A DNA stretch of 64,000 nt from Leucoraja ocellata (taxonomy: Eukaryota), in NCBI GenBank assembly GCA_036785375.1, contig JAWMAR010000916.1, positions 372,001 through 436,000 of the forward strand, read 5' to 3'. The translations under genes and the position numbers were made by a program. The stretch's first letter is position 1. Every line of letters begins with the position of its first letter. Below are positions 1-11,131 of this stretch, one piece after another. Under the pieces are notes generated by a model. That model had not been told where the DNA came from. It was given only the letters and a program-made list of their open reading frames with translations, and ran no database searches.

Positions 1-48
1 TTGATACTGCCTGACCCGCTGAGTTCCTCCAGCACTTTGCCCCTAGTG

Positions 49-911
49 TAGCAATGTTACAAAATTTTGAGATTTAAAAAATCAAGTCTGCAATTTATCC
101 CATCAGATAAAGCATAACAATAAGTTTAATTTGACACCTAATTCACTTTCATATCTCAAGTATTAAAAAAGTTATGACCATTTTCATACTCGGAAATTAG
201 CATCTTGTTCCCTATTGATTTTCAATGGACATTACAAAAAAGCTGTGATCTTGGATAGTCAAACGCCCATTTCTTAAGGAAAGATTAACATTTTTAAATA
301 GCCTAAGTGTCCAAAGATTATTCACGAATAATTCACAATATAACATGATTTTTATATCTAATTTACATTAATTTATAGGCCAAATGGAAGGAATTTAGTG
401 TTCAATTGCTGTAAATAAATGCCCATTTAAATCGGCTTTCTAGTGGGTTCATGTGGAACGCGCTGGTTTAGAACGTTGACATAGCGCTAGATTAGTGCCC
501 TCAAATGCCGAGAAAAATACTGCGGGATGTAAAAAGCCCAAAATGAACCACTCGTTATAGATAACTTGATATATAGGGTTATATATATGCCCCATTTAAT
601 GTAAAAATAAGGTACATACCTTTAATTGTTTGCTTTATAAAACCCTGGGGCTGCGAGAGATTGCGGAATCAGAGAGTAATTTTAAAACTATTAGAACTAT
701 ATTATCGAGGCCTATAAAACTAATAATACCTTTTGCGACCGGGTCTTGCAGCGATTTTTTGTTAATGATTTACTAGGCTGAACATGTGCGATTAGTACAG
801 CCTAGTAAAAATCGCGTTTAAAACCCGCCCCCTCCAAACAGCGCCAAAATCGCCGACATGGCTGAGGGCAGATTCCTAATGACGATTCAGGTAGGTTTTG
901 TAACATACCTA
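49..911. mobile_element. Non-autonomous DNA transposon with TAG...CTA termini (superfamily uncertain)
   Basis: Imperfect TIRs TAGCAATGTTACAAAA / TTTTGTAACATACCTA. CCTAGTG is duplicated at 42-48 and 912-918. The empty site is present in the paralogous block at 22645-22651. Confidence 0.8.
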
Positions 912-2711
912 CCTAGTGTATAGGATATAGAACTAGTGGTCAAAACACTCCAGTGATTTGCTCAAGATTCCACAACTGCAGTTTCTTGTGTCTCCATTAC
1001 ACCAACAGAAGGAAACACAACAAACTACAGCTGCTGGAATCTTACATAGAACAAACGGTGGTGGAGTAACTCAGTGGGTCAGGCAGCACCTGAGGAGGGA
1101 AAGACAGATGACCTTTCGGGTTGAGCCCCTTCTTCAGATTCGTAGCACAGGAAAGGTGATTTGCAGTTCCTCCTTACACCCTGACTCGATCGCACAGTTA
1201 CCTGCAGTTCCACTTTATACCAACAGATGTCCTGCTAGAACAGGCGCTGTTACCTGCAGTTCCACTTTACACCAACAGATGTCCCGCTTGTACAGGCGCT
1301 GGTGCTGGGAGGCAGCAGCACTACCTGCTGTGTCACTGTGCTGCCCCCTTAGATAACAGAACCAGTGTGAACCGATGGTCGACGTGGACTTGATGGGCCA
1401 AAGGGCCTATTTCTATACTGTGCCTCTTGAATAAAGGGTCTTGACCCAAAAAATCATCTGCCCTTTCCCGCCACAGATGGAAAGCCGCTGAGTTCCTCCA
1501 GCACTTTGTGTTTTGGATCTGTTGGTGTAAAGTGGGACTAACCTTGGCTGTGATAACGAGGAACTCTGTAAAGAGTAAAATGTAGAATTATGGGGAGTCA
1601 TTGCAGTGTGAAAGGAGACCAGTCGGCACATTGAGCACACCTCCTATACAGCGTGGAAACAGGCCCTTCAGCCCAACTTGTCCACACCGGCCAACATGTC
1701 CCAGCCATGCTCGTCCCACCGGCCTGCAATTGGTCCATATCCCTCCAAACCTGTCCTATCCATGTACCTGTCTATTTGTTTCTTATATGTTGAGATAGTC
1801 CCTGCCTCAACTACCTCCTCTGGCAGCTCTTTCCATACACCCACCACCCTTTGTGTGGAAAAAGTTACCCCTCAGATTCCTATAAAGTCAGTGAATATAT
1901 GAATAAGTGAATATATTTAAGGCAGAGATAGATTCTTGATTAGTACGGGTGTCAGAGGTTATGGGGAGAAGGTAGGAGAATGGCGTAGATTTGATGGGCT
2001 GAATGGCCTAAATCTGCTCCTATCATTTATGATCTTATGGGTGACGTTTCGGGTCAAGACCCATCTTCAGACTGACTCAGAAGGGTCTCGGCCTGAAACG
2101 TCACCCATTCCTTCTCTCCAGAGATGCTGCCTGTCCTACAGCATTTTGTGTCTGTCTTCAATTTAAACCAGCATCTGCAGTTCTTTCCTGCACACTTATG
2201 ATCTTATACCAGGCCTGTACGAAGCTTTCCAAAAAGGGGGGTGGCATGACAGGATTACAAAAAATTTAATGTGAAATAGTGTGCGCATTGTGCACATCAT
2301 GGGCACGAAGCGTGAAGTCCCTCGATGCCAGCTCTGGGGTTTTAGATGCTCTCTCATGCATTCTGAGCCTTATTTTGGAGCATTTTTGCACCAAATTTAT
2401 GACCAATATTTCAGAAATTAACAGGAATCTGAGAGGTAGCTTTTTCACACAAAGGGTGCTGGGTGTATGGAACGAGTTGCCAGAGGAGGTAGTTAAGGCT
2501 GGGACTATCCTAATGTTTAAGAGACATTTGGACATGGATAGGACAGATTTAGATGGATATATGGGCCAAACGCGTGTGAGTGGGACTAGTGTAGATGGGA
2601 CATGTTGGTCGGTGTGGGCAAGTTGGGCTGAAGGGCCTGTTTCCACACTGCATCAAACTATGACTAAAATGTTAAGAAGAAAAATGCATGTAGATAAGTA
2701 GAGCAGATTTA

Positions 2712-3350
2712 GAAACATAAGAACATAGAAAATAGGTGTAGGACTTGGCCATTCGGCCCTTCGAGCCTGCAACACCATTCAATATGATCATGGCTGATCA
2801 TCCAACTCAGTAACCTGTACCTGCCTTTCTCCATACCCCCTGATCCCTATAGCCACAAGGGCCACATCTAACTCCCTCTTAAATATAGCCAATGAACTGG
2901 CCTCAACTACATTCTGTGGCAGAGAATTCCAGAGATTCACCACTCTCTGTGTAAAAAATGTTTTTCTCATCTCAGTCCTAAAAGATTTCCCCTTTATCCT
3001 TAAACTGTGACACCTTTTTCTGGACTTCCCCAACAACGGGAACAATCTCCCTGCATCTAGCCTGTCCAATCCCTTAAGAATTTTGTAAGTTTCTATAAGA
3101 TCCCCCCCTCAATCTTCTTAATTCTAGCGAGTACAAGCCGAGACCAAAACTGTACGCAATACTCCAGGTGTGGTCTCACCAAGACCCTGTACAACTGCAG
3201 TAGAACCTCCCTGCTCCTATACTCAAATGATTTTGCTGTGAATGCTAACATACCATTCGCTTTCTTCACTGCCTGCTGCACCTGTATTCCTACTTTCAAT
3301 GACTGGTGTACCATGACACCCAGGTCTCGTTGCATCTCCCCTTTCCTTAA
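2712..3350 (-). mobile_element. CR1-type LINE 3' fragment
   Basis: Typical CR1 ORF2 C-terminus ([12 protein letters not shown]; FFTQRVVNLWNSLP) followed by the 3' tail. Confidence 0.85.
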
Positions 3351-4569
3351 TTGAAAGAAGAGTGAAATGTAAAGGCAGAGAGAGGTTTATGGGTGGAAAG
3401 GAACATAGGAAAGGAGGGGGGAGAGTCCTACACAATCATAAACACACACATATTATTTTACATATTAAATATTGGAAGGAAAAACGTTCAGTAAAGTTAG
3501 TCCCTGGTGAGATAGGACTTTACAGTCCGAATGGCCTCTGGGAAGAAACTCTTTCTCAACCTCTCCGTTCTCACAGCATGGCAACGGAGGCGTTTGCCTG
3601 ACCGTTGCAGCTGGAACAGTCCGTTGCAGGGGTGGAAGGGGACTCCCATGATTTTAATGGCTCTGGAGTTGCACCTCCTGATGTATAGTTCCTGCAGGGG
3701 GGCAAGGATTATCAGAACGGAACTCCCCTCCATGGATACAATCTATACACAGCGCTGTCAAAAACGAGCAGAGAGAATCATCAGAGACACACTACATCCA
3801 GCTCACTCCCTGCTCAAACACAAAAACTGCACATACAACCTCAGGCACAGACGAGCGGACAGCATCGTCACAAACAGAACACGCTTTTTTAAGAGCTTCT
3901 TTCCCTCGATGATGTCCTTGGATGATGTGCCCTCCTAAAGTCCACGATCAGCTCCTTAGTTTTTTTGATGTTCAAGAGGAGGCTGTTGTCCTGGCACCAG
4001 AGTGCTAGATCAGCCACCTCCTCCCGGTAGGCCTTCTCATCGTTGTCTGAGATCAGGCCCACCACCACAGTGTCTTCAGCAAACTTAATTATTGAGTTGG
4101 AGCTGAACCTAGCCACACAGTCATGTGTGTACAGGGAGTACAATAGGGGGCTGAGGACGCAACCCTGGGGCGATCCTGTGCTCAGGGTGAGGGGCAAGGG
4201 ACTTCGATGTATTCCCTCCCATCTTGATTACCTGGGGCCTGGCGGTGAGAAAGTCCAGGGCCCAGGCATACAGGGGGGGTGGGTGTTGAGCCCTAATTCC
4301 AGTAGCTTCCCGACCAGTCTGGTGGGGACTATCGTGTTGAAGGCTGAACTGAAGTCTATGAACAGCATCCTCACATAGCCCCCCTTCTGGCCAAAGATCT
4401 TATAGCGAAGCAAGATGGATTACTCACACGCAAACGTGAGGTACGCTCATGGGCGGATTCATGGGTGATTATAGGACACATTTTAGCAACCTGACTCCGC
4501 CATCTTGTTCCGCCATCTTGTTCCGCTTTCTTGCTCCTGCCTTCTTGCTTCCGGCCAAAGATTGGATCC

Positions 4570-4881
4570 GCAGCGGGGAGAAGGAGTGCGGGGCCCGGGG
4601 CAGCGGGGAGAAGGAGTGCGGGGCCCGGGGCAGCGGGGAGAGAGAGTGCGGGGCCCGGGGCAGCGGGGAGAGAGAGTGCGGGGCCCGGGGCAGCGAGGAG
4701 AGAGAGTGCGGGCTCGGGGCAGCGGGGAGAGAGAGTCCGGGGCCCGGGGCAGTGGGGAGAGAGAGTCCGGGGCAGCGGGGAGAGAGAGTGCGGGGCCCGG
4801 AGCAGCGGGGAGAGAGAGTCCGGGGCCCGGGGCAGCGGGGAGAGAGAGTCCGGGGCCCGGGGCAGCGGGGAGAGAGAGTGC
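4570..4881. repeat. GC-rich 30-bp minisatellite, about 10 units
   Basis: Tandem GCAGCGGGGAGAGAGAGTGCGGGGCCCGGG units. It explains the six overlapping repetitive ORFs in this interval. Confidence 0.95.
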
Positions 4882-4960
4882 CCCAAGACAATGTTTCTTA
4901 TTTAATGTCCCTTGTCTAGTCTGAAATAAAGTTCATTATTGGATTAGAAGAAATATAATT

Positions 4961-7900
4961 GACTTCCGGTGGCGCTATGGAGAACTAAGTCCAGCGCCAA
5001 CCAGCTCCGTACCGAGGAAAACAAAAAACGGGAGAAAAATCGGGACCTACCTGCAGCGATCGTAATCTGAAACGGCAGCCTGCGTGACGTCATCAGGCCT
5101 GCGACTTAAGAGCACGAAAAAGCACTCCAATACGCCAAGGAAGTTGGTAACGTGCCTACAGACTGAAGAACCCACACCACTCCTTAGGAGCCAAGGACTA
5201 AGATGACCATCAGATCTAAAAGGACCTTTAAAATTCGTTCAAGAACTTTATAGACACTTGGAAATCGAAAATGATGGAGGACACTGGACAAAAACTGCGA
5301 TTTTTCGAGGGTTTTTCCCTCTTTTTTCTCTTTTTTGTTTTAGCTCTTTTTAGGTTACTAATCATTACTATTATATGTAAATTCATATTTAACTATATAG
5401 GTAACAACTAATACTTATTAAATATCCTTATTTCCACTAAAATTATTAACATTATTAATTCTTATAAAAGTTAATACGGTATAAGATGGATAACAATGAT
5501 CAATAACTAATAGTCTTTGATAAATGAAGAAAGGAATTACATAATATAGTATATAGAAAGATATGTAAGAGGTAAATTAACCTATATGATAATTATGATT
5601 GACGGGTTTCCTTTTCTTTTTTTCGCTCTATCTTTCAATTTAAAATCATTTTGCTGTCTTGAACCTTTCTGCAGGGTTACGTGTTGACACTAGTATACAT
5701 GTGGGTATGTATACATATATATATATATATACGTGTACGTAGGTAGGTGCATATATATTGTGTGGGTATAAGTATGACTAGGTAAATAAGTTTGATACTC
5801 CCAAAGAAGTTGATTGAATGTTAAATATAATTTCCCTTTTTTTTTTTCTTTCCTCTTCCTCGGGCACGGAGCTGGGAATTTTTTCATTTTACAAAGGCTA
5901 CGGAAGTCTTTAGAATTCTAGCCACGTTAGTGTGGCTATCACTAACTACACTAATTGTAGATGTAGTTCTTTTTTCTTCACCCTACACTAACCAACCCTA
6001 TCACTTTTCTTTCTTTAAATATTTCTTTAACTCAAGGTTTGAATGGAAAAACAAGACCAAGGCAAGGAGATATGATCGGAAGAATGATGTATTTGAATTT
6101 AAATTCATCTATCTGAGGTTTGGGAGCAGGGTCAGGTTCTATGTGTTGTTCCTTCTACCCGGTTATAGACCACCACAAAAGCAATATGCAAGATGCTAAC
6201 ATGACAAGAAGGGGTCAGGGAATAACATTTTGTAGTTGGAATGTCAAGGGAATCAATGAACCAATTAAGAGAAGTAAAGTTTTGGCACACCTAAATCAAA
6301 TCAAAACAGATATAATATTTCTTCAAGAGACACATCTTAAAAAGGAATCACAACACAGACTTAAAGCTAAGTGGATCGCTGAATCATATCATTCTTCTTT
6401 TTCCCACAAGTCAAGAGGAGTAGCAATAGTAATTCGTAAAGGAATTCCTTTTGCGACCTCCTCAATAATAGTGGATATGGATGGCAGATATATTATAGTG
6501 GTTGGAGAGTTAAATGGTGAAAAAGTGATCCTTCTAAATGTTTATGGGCCTAACTTCGATAACCCCACTTTTTTTAACAAAACATTTAATAAAATTCCTG
6601 AATTTGCACAATACAAATTAATAATTGGAGGAGACTTCAATTGTACATTAGACCCATACTTAGATAGATCATCAAGGCAAAAAAAATCAACATCCAACTC
6701 AAGTGTTTTTTTAAATTCATTTATTAATACCACTAATATTAAGGATATCTGGAGAATAGAAAACCCAACCGGACGGGAATATTCATTTTATTCACCAGTA
6801 CACAAAACATACTCAAGAATAGATTACTTTTTAGTTGATTCTACGTTTATTCCATTTACTTATAATTCAAAATATCATAACATTATAATCTCAGATCACG
6901 CACCGGTAACATTCATGATTAAATTAAATGGAATGTCCGAGAAACAAACATATTGGAGACTTAACCCGCAAATCTTGAACGAAAGATCATGCCAGGAATA
7001 TATTATTAAACAAATTCAAATATTTTTTGAGATAAATGACAACCCTGACACACCTGCTTCTCTTATGTGGGAGACGTTCAAAGCGTATGTTCGAGGTACA
7101 TTAATCTCTGCCCAAGCATTTTATAATAAAGAAAACAGGATTAAACAAAAAGCACTGGAAAGTGAAATTAAGCAACTAGATACAGAAAACGCGAGAACGC
7201 CATCTACGTTAAAACATAATAAAATTGCTGTACTGAAATATAAATTAAATAAAATGTACTCAGAACAAGTAATAAAACTTTATCAAAAAACCAAACAATT
7301 ACAGTTTGAATTTGGAGACAAACCACAAAAATTATTAGCACGCCAGCTGCGAAAAATGGAAGGGGAAAAAATAATTCATAAAATTAGAACAGAGACAGGA
7401 GAATTATTAAAAATGCCCAAGGATATAAATGATAGATTTCTACAATACTATCATAACCTTTATTCAACTAAAACTGTAGCACAATCAGAAGGAATAGCAG
7501 ATTTTTTAATAAAATGTAATTTAAAAGGTTTAGATTCAAAGGATAGAGAATTATTAGAAAGGGAAATTACGATAAAGGATATTGAGGAGTCTATTGGCTC
7601 TCTTAAAAATGGTAAGGCAGTAGGGCCAGATGGTCTAGGTTCAGAATTTTACAAGAAATTTCATGATTTGCTGTGCCCACGCTTGCAAAGACTATATGAT
7701 TATATCTACACCCAACAGAAACTCCCAGATACCTTAAATGAATCTATAATAACGCTTATTCCTAAAGCTGATAAAGATCCGGAAGATCCGGGATCATACA
7801 GAGCAATTGCACTTCTGAATACAGACCAGAAAATACTAACTAAAATACTAGCACGTAGATTAAGTACAGTGATGAATAAATTAATACACCCTGACCAAAC

Positions 7901-10345
7901 AGGCTTTATTCAGAAACGGTATTCATATTATAATCTAAGAAGATTATTTAATATTATATATACCAAGAGAATTATTAATGAAGATTTAGCAATAATCTCA
8001 CTTGACGCTGAAAAAGCATTTGATCAGGTCGAATGGCCTTATTTATTTTCGGTGATGGAAAAGATGCAGCTAGGGGAGAAATTTTGCACATGGATAAAAC
8101 TGCTATACACAAATCCTACGGCCAGAATACTTACCAACCAAAGACTGTCATCTAAATTCAGTCTATCTAGAGGGTGTAGACAAGGATGCCCGTTATCTCC
8201 ATTACTATTTGCACTTGCAATTGAGCCACTTGCAGAAAGAATTAGGGGGCATCCGGAAATATATGGGTATAACAGTAAAGACACAGTGAATAAAATTTCT
8301 CTATATGCAGATGACGTATTAATTTACATCACAAAACCAGAAATTAGTATCCCAAACCTATTAAAACTAATAAACCAATTCGGTGCACTTTCAGGATACA
8401 GAATAAATTGGAATAAAAGTGAAATTATGCCAATAAGGGAACATAATAAACAGATAATACAACAATTCCCATTTAAAGTAGTAAATGAAAAATTTAAATA
8501 TCTAGGTATCTATGTAACTAAGATATATACATCATTATTTAAAGCAAATTTCCCCCCATTATTGAATAAATTACATAAGAATATCCAATACTGGAAAACA
8601 TTACCTATTTCAATGGTTGGTAAAATTAATGCCATAAAAATGATTTTTTTACCGCAAATATTATACCTTTTTCAGACGATTCCGATATACCTGGCAAAAA
8701 ACTTCTTTAAAAAATTGGACTCTATTGTTAATGATTTTATCTGGGATTATAAGAATCATAGGATAAGCAAAAGACACCTGTGTAAATCAAAAAATAATGG
8801 AGGCTTGGTTTTACCTAACTTTTTGTTTTATTACTGGGCAGTTAATATTAAAAATATGAACTTCTGGTTGGGAGAAATAGACCAGCAACCAGACTGGTTA
8901 AAACTGGAAAGGGAAGATTGTATGCCTTATGATATTGGTTCGATATTATTTGCTACGTCTAAATTAAACAAGAAAATTTATAAGGAAAACCCTATAATAT
9001 TTAGTGCTATAAAAATTTGGAAACAATTAAAAAAGACATTAAAATTAGATAACTTATCTCTTTTTCTTCCAATTGTGAATAATTCATTGTTTAAACCTTC
9101 ATGTTTAGACGGGGGTTTTACACAATGGAAGAATAATGGAATTAAAAATATAGGACACCTTTACAAAGAAGGCTCTTTTTTGACATTTCAGGAGTTGCAA
9201 CAGATTTATGGACTTCGAGGAAATGATTATTTCAGATATCTTCAACTCAGAGATTATGTTAAATCGAATTCTAAAAATTTTCGAAATAGAAACCCAGAGA
9301 TTCTTGATGAATGTTGGAATAAGCATCCTAATACAGAAAAATTAATATCTTATATATATAATATCTTATTAGATAGTGACATTCCTTTGACGGACTTACA
9401 CAGACAAGCATGGGAAAAAGAATTAAACCAGGTAATAACGAAAGACACTTGGGAAGAAAGTCTACAACACATACATCAATGTTCACTAAACGCGAGACAT
9501 TCTCTAATACAATTTAAAGTAATACATAGGTTACACTACGCCAAAACAAAATTACATAAAATTTTTCAACATATCTCACCTATATGTGATAAATGTCAAC
9601 ATTTAGAAGCTACGTTATCGCACATGTTTACAAACTGTACAAAAATTAAAAAATTTTGGGTAAATATTTTTAGTATAATATCCAAAGTAATCAACACACA
9701 ACTGGAACCCAACTCAAAATTAATAATACTCGGAATATTAGAATCAAATCAAACACTTAGAATAACACAAAGAAACTTTATCGATTACAGTTTAATAACA
9801 GGAAAAAAATTAATCCTAAAATTTTGGAAAGGCCCTACGGCCCCCACAATCAAAATGTGGATTATAGAAATGACGGAGACCTTAAACATGGAAAGAATCA
9901 GATTTTCCCTGTTGGATAAACAGGAATTATTCGTTGGAACATGGTCTCCTTTTATTGATTATTTAAAGGGTCAGAATAGTTCAGCACAGGAACCTGACTA
10001 GCACCCGGACTAAAGATTGGATGAAATGCTATACTTCGAAATGTACGAACATATCTCGAATGATGTTTTTAAACTTTAACAAATTTTTCCATTCTTCTTC
10101 AATTACCTTTTTCACTCCTTTTCCTTTTTTTATTTTTTATTTTAGTTTTCTTTTTCCTTCTTCCCTCTCTCTATTTCATCTATCCCTTTAGCCCTATCTA
10201 GTTATAAAAAAAAACGAAGAAAAATGCAAAAAGTATTGGAGACAATGTAATAATAACTGACAATATTATCAATTTAAAAATGATGTAACAATGATGTAAT
10301 AGATGTAATAGATCATGTACCTATCTCCAATAATAAAAAATTAAA

Positions 10346-10368
<23 letters not shown>
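4961..10368 (+). mobile_element. L1-clade LINE, end-to-end copy with poly(A) and TSD, lacking ORF1
   Basis: Begins GACTTCCGGTGGCG. Poly(A) at about 10347-10368. TSD AGAAGAAATATAATT at 4946-4960 and 10369-10383. Confidence 0.92.
6186..10001 (+). CDS. L1 ORF2p (APE endonuclease + reverse transcriptase + C-terminal Cys motif), intact
   Basis: Motifs SWNVKG, FLQETH, GGDFN, SRIDY, SDH, LDAEKAFD, QGCPLSP, YADD and CDKC...HMFTNC. No stops. Start at ATG 6186, or the in-frame ATG at 6141. Confidence 0.95.
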   Translation: MQDANMTRRGQGITFCSWNVKGINEPIKRSKVLAHLNQIKTDIIFLQETHLKKESQHRLKAKWIAESYHSSFSHKSRGVAIVIRKGIPFATSSIIVDMDGRYIIVVGELNGEKVILLNVYGPNFDNPTFFNKTFNKIPEFAQYKLIIGGDFNCTLDPYLDRSSRQKKSTSNSSVFLNSFINTTNIKDIWRIENPTGREYSFYSPVHKTYSRIDYFLVDSTFIPFTYNSKYHNIIISDHAPVTFMIKLNGMSEKQTYWRLNPQILNERSCQEYIIKQIQIFFEINDNPDTPASLMWETFKAYVRGTLISAQAFYNKENRIKQKALESEIKQLDTENARTPSTLKHNKIAVLKYKLNKMYSEQVIKLYQKTKQLQFEFGDKPQKLLARQLRKMEGEKIIHKIRTETGELLKMPKDINDRFLQYYHNLYSTKTVAQSEGIADFLIKCNLKGLDSKDRELLEREITIKDIEESIGSLKNGKAVGPDGLGSEFYKKFHDLLCPRLQRLYDYIYTQQKLPDTLNESIITLIPKADKDPEDPGSYRAIALLNTDQKILTKILARRLSTVMNKLIHPDQTGFIQKRYSYYNLRRLFNIIYTKRIINEDLAIISLDAEKAFDQVEWPYLFSVMEKMQLGEKFCTWIKLLYTNPTARILTNQRLSSKFSLSRGCRQGCPLSPLLFALAIEPLAERIRGHPEIYGYNSKDTVNKISLYADDVLIYITKPEISIPNLLKLINQFGALSGYRINWNKSEIMPIREHNKQIIQQFPFKVVNEKFKYLGIYVTKIYTSLFKANFPPLLNKLHKNIQYWKTLPISMVGKINAIKMIFLPQILYLFQTIPIYLAKNFFKKLDSIVNDFIWDYKNHRISKRHLCKSKNNGGLVLPNFLFYYWAVNIKNMNFWLGEIDQQPDWLKLEREDCMPYDIGSILFATSKLNKKIYKENPIIFSAIKIWKQLKKTLKLDNLSLFLPIVNNSLFKPSCLDGGFTQWKNNGIKNIGHLYKEGSFLTFQELQQIYGLRGNDYFRYLQLRDYVKSNSKNFRNRNPEILDECWNKHPNTEKLISYIYNILLDSDIPLTDLHRQAWEKELNQVITKDTWEESLQHIHQCSLNARHSLIQFKVIHRLHYAKTKLHKIFQHISPICDKCQHLEATLSHMFTNCTKIKKFWVNIFSIISKVINTQLEPNSKLIILGILESNQTLRITQRNFIDYSLITGKKLILKFWKGPTAPTIKMWIIEMTETLNMERIRFSLLDKQELFVGTWSPFIDYLKGQNSSAQEPD

Positions 10369-10376
<8 letters not shown>

Positions 10377-10619
10377 TATAATTGTGTGTGTTATATACAT
10401 TTATATAATTTTCATGTATGTGTGTTTATAAACATTTTATTCCTTAACAAGAATCAACATAATTATGAACTAACAGAATTATGAATCTAACCCTATAATC
10501 ACGCACAAAAGTCCCCCCCTGTCAATCACCCTGCGAGTCGGGTCGGTTCCGGTTACTACAAAATCAACTCAAACACTGTTTGTGAGCCATTTAAAAAGAA
10601 ATGATTTAAAAAACATTAA

Positions 10620-11131
10620 AACATAGAAATTAGGTGCAGGAGTAGGCCATTCGGCCCTTCGAGCCTGCACCGCCATTCAATATGATCATGGCTGATCATC
10701 CAACTCAGTATCCCGTACCTGCCTTCTCTCCATACCCTCTGATCCCCTTGGCCACAAGGGCCACATCTAACTCCCTCTTAAATATAGCCAATGAACTGGC
10801 CACAACTACCCTCTGTGGCAGAGAGTTCCAGAGATTCACCACTCTCTGTGTGAAAAAAGTTCTCCTCATCTTGGTTTTAAAGGATTTCCCCCTTATCCTT
10901 AAGCTGTGACCCCTTGTCCTGGACTTCCCCAACATCGGGAACAATCTTCCTGCATCTAGCCTGTCCAACCCCTTAAGAATTTTGTAAGTTTCTATAAGAT
11001 CCCCTCTCAATCTCCTAAATTCTAGAGAGTATAAACCAAGTCTATCCAGTCTTTCTTCATAAGACAGTCCTGACATCCCAGGAATCAGTCTGGTGAACCT
11101 TCTCTGCACTCCCTCTATGACAATAATGTCC
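10620..11131 (-). mobile_element. CR1-type LINE 3' fragment nested in the P-like element
   Basis: ORF 10705..11133 reads IEGVQRRFTRLIPG...[17 protein letters not shown]. Confidence 0.9.

Larger units (their letters stand above)
1..3426. repeat. Segmental duplication, copy 1 (paralog of 22604-25167)
   Basis: Colinear near-identity, including the same order of repeat fragments. ORF 958..1356 matches ORF 22691..23089. Confidence 0.9.

Noticed and set aside
958-1356. 132-aa ORF conserved at 22691..23089
   Set aside because: Conservation reflects recent segmental duplication. The sequence is made of repeat fragments and has a TTG start.
4371-4924. Six overlapping ORFs of 120-170 aa
   Set aside because: Products of a stop-free GC-rich 30-bp minisatellite.
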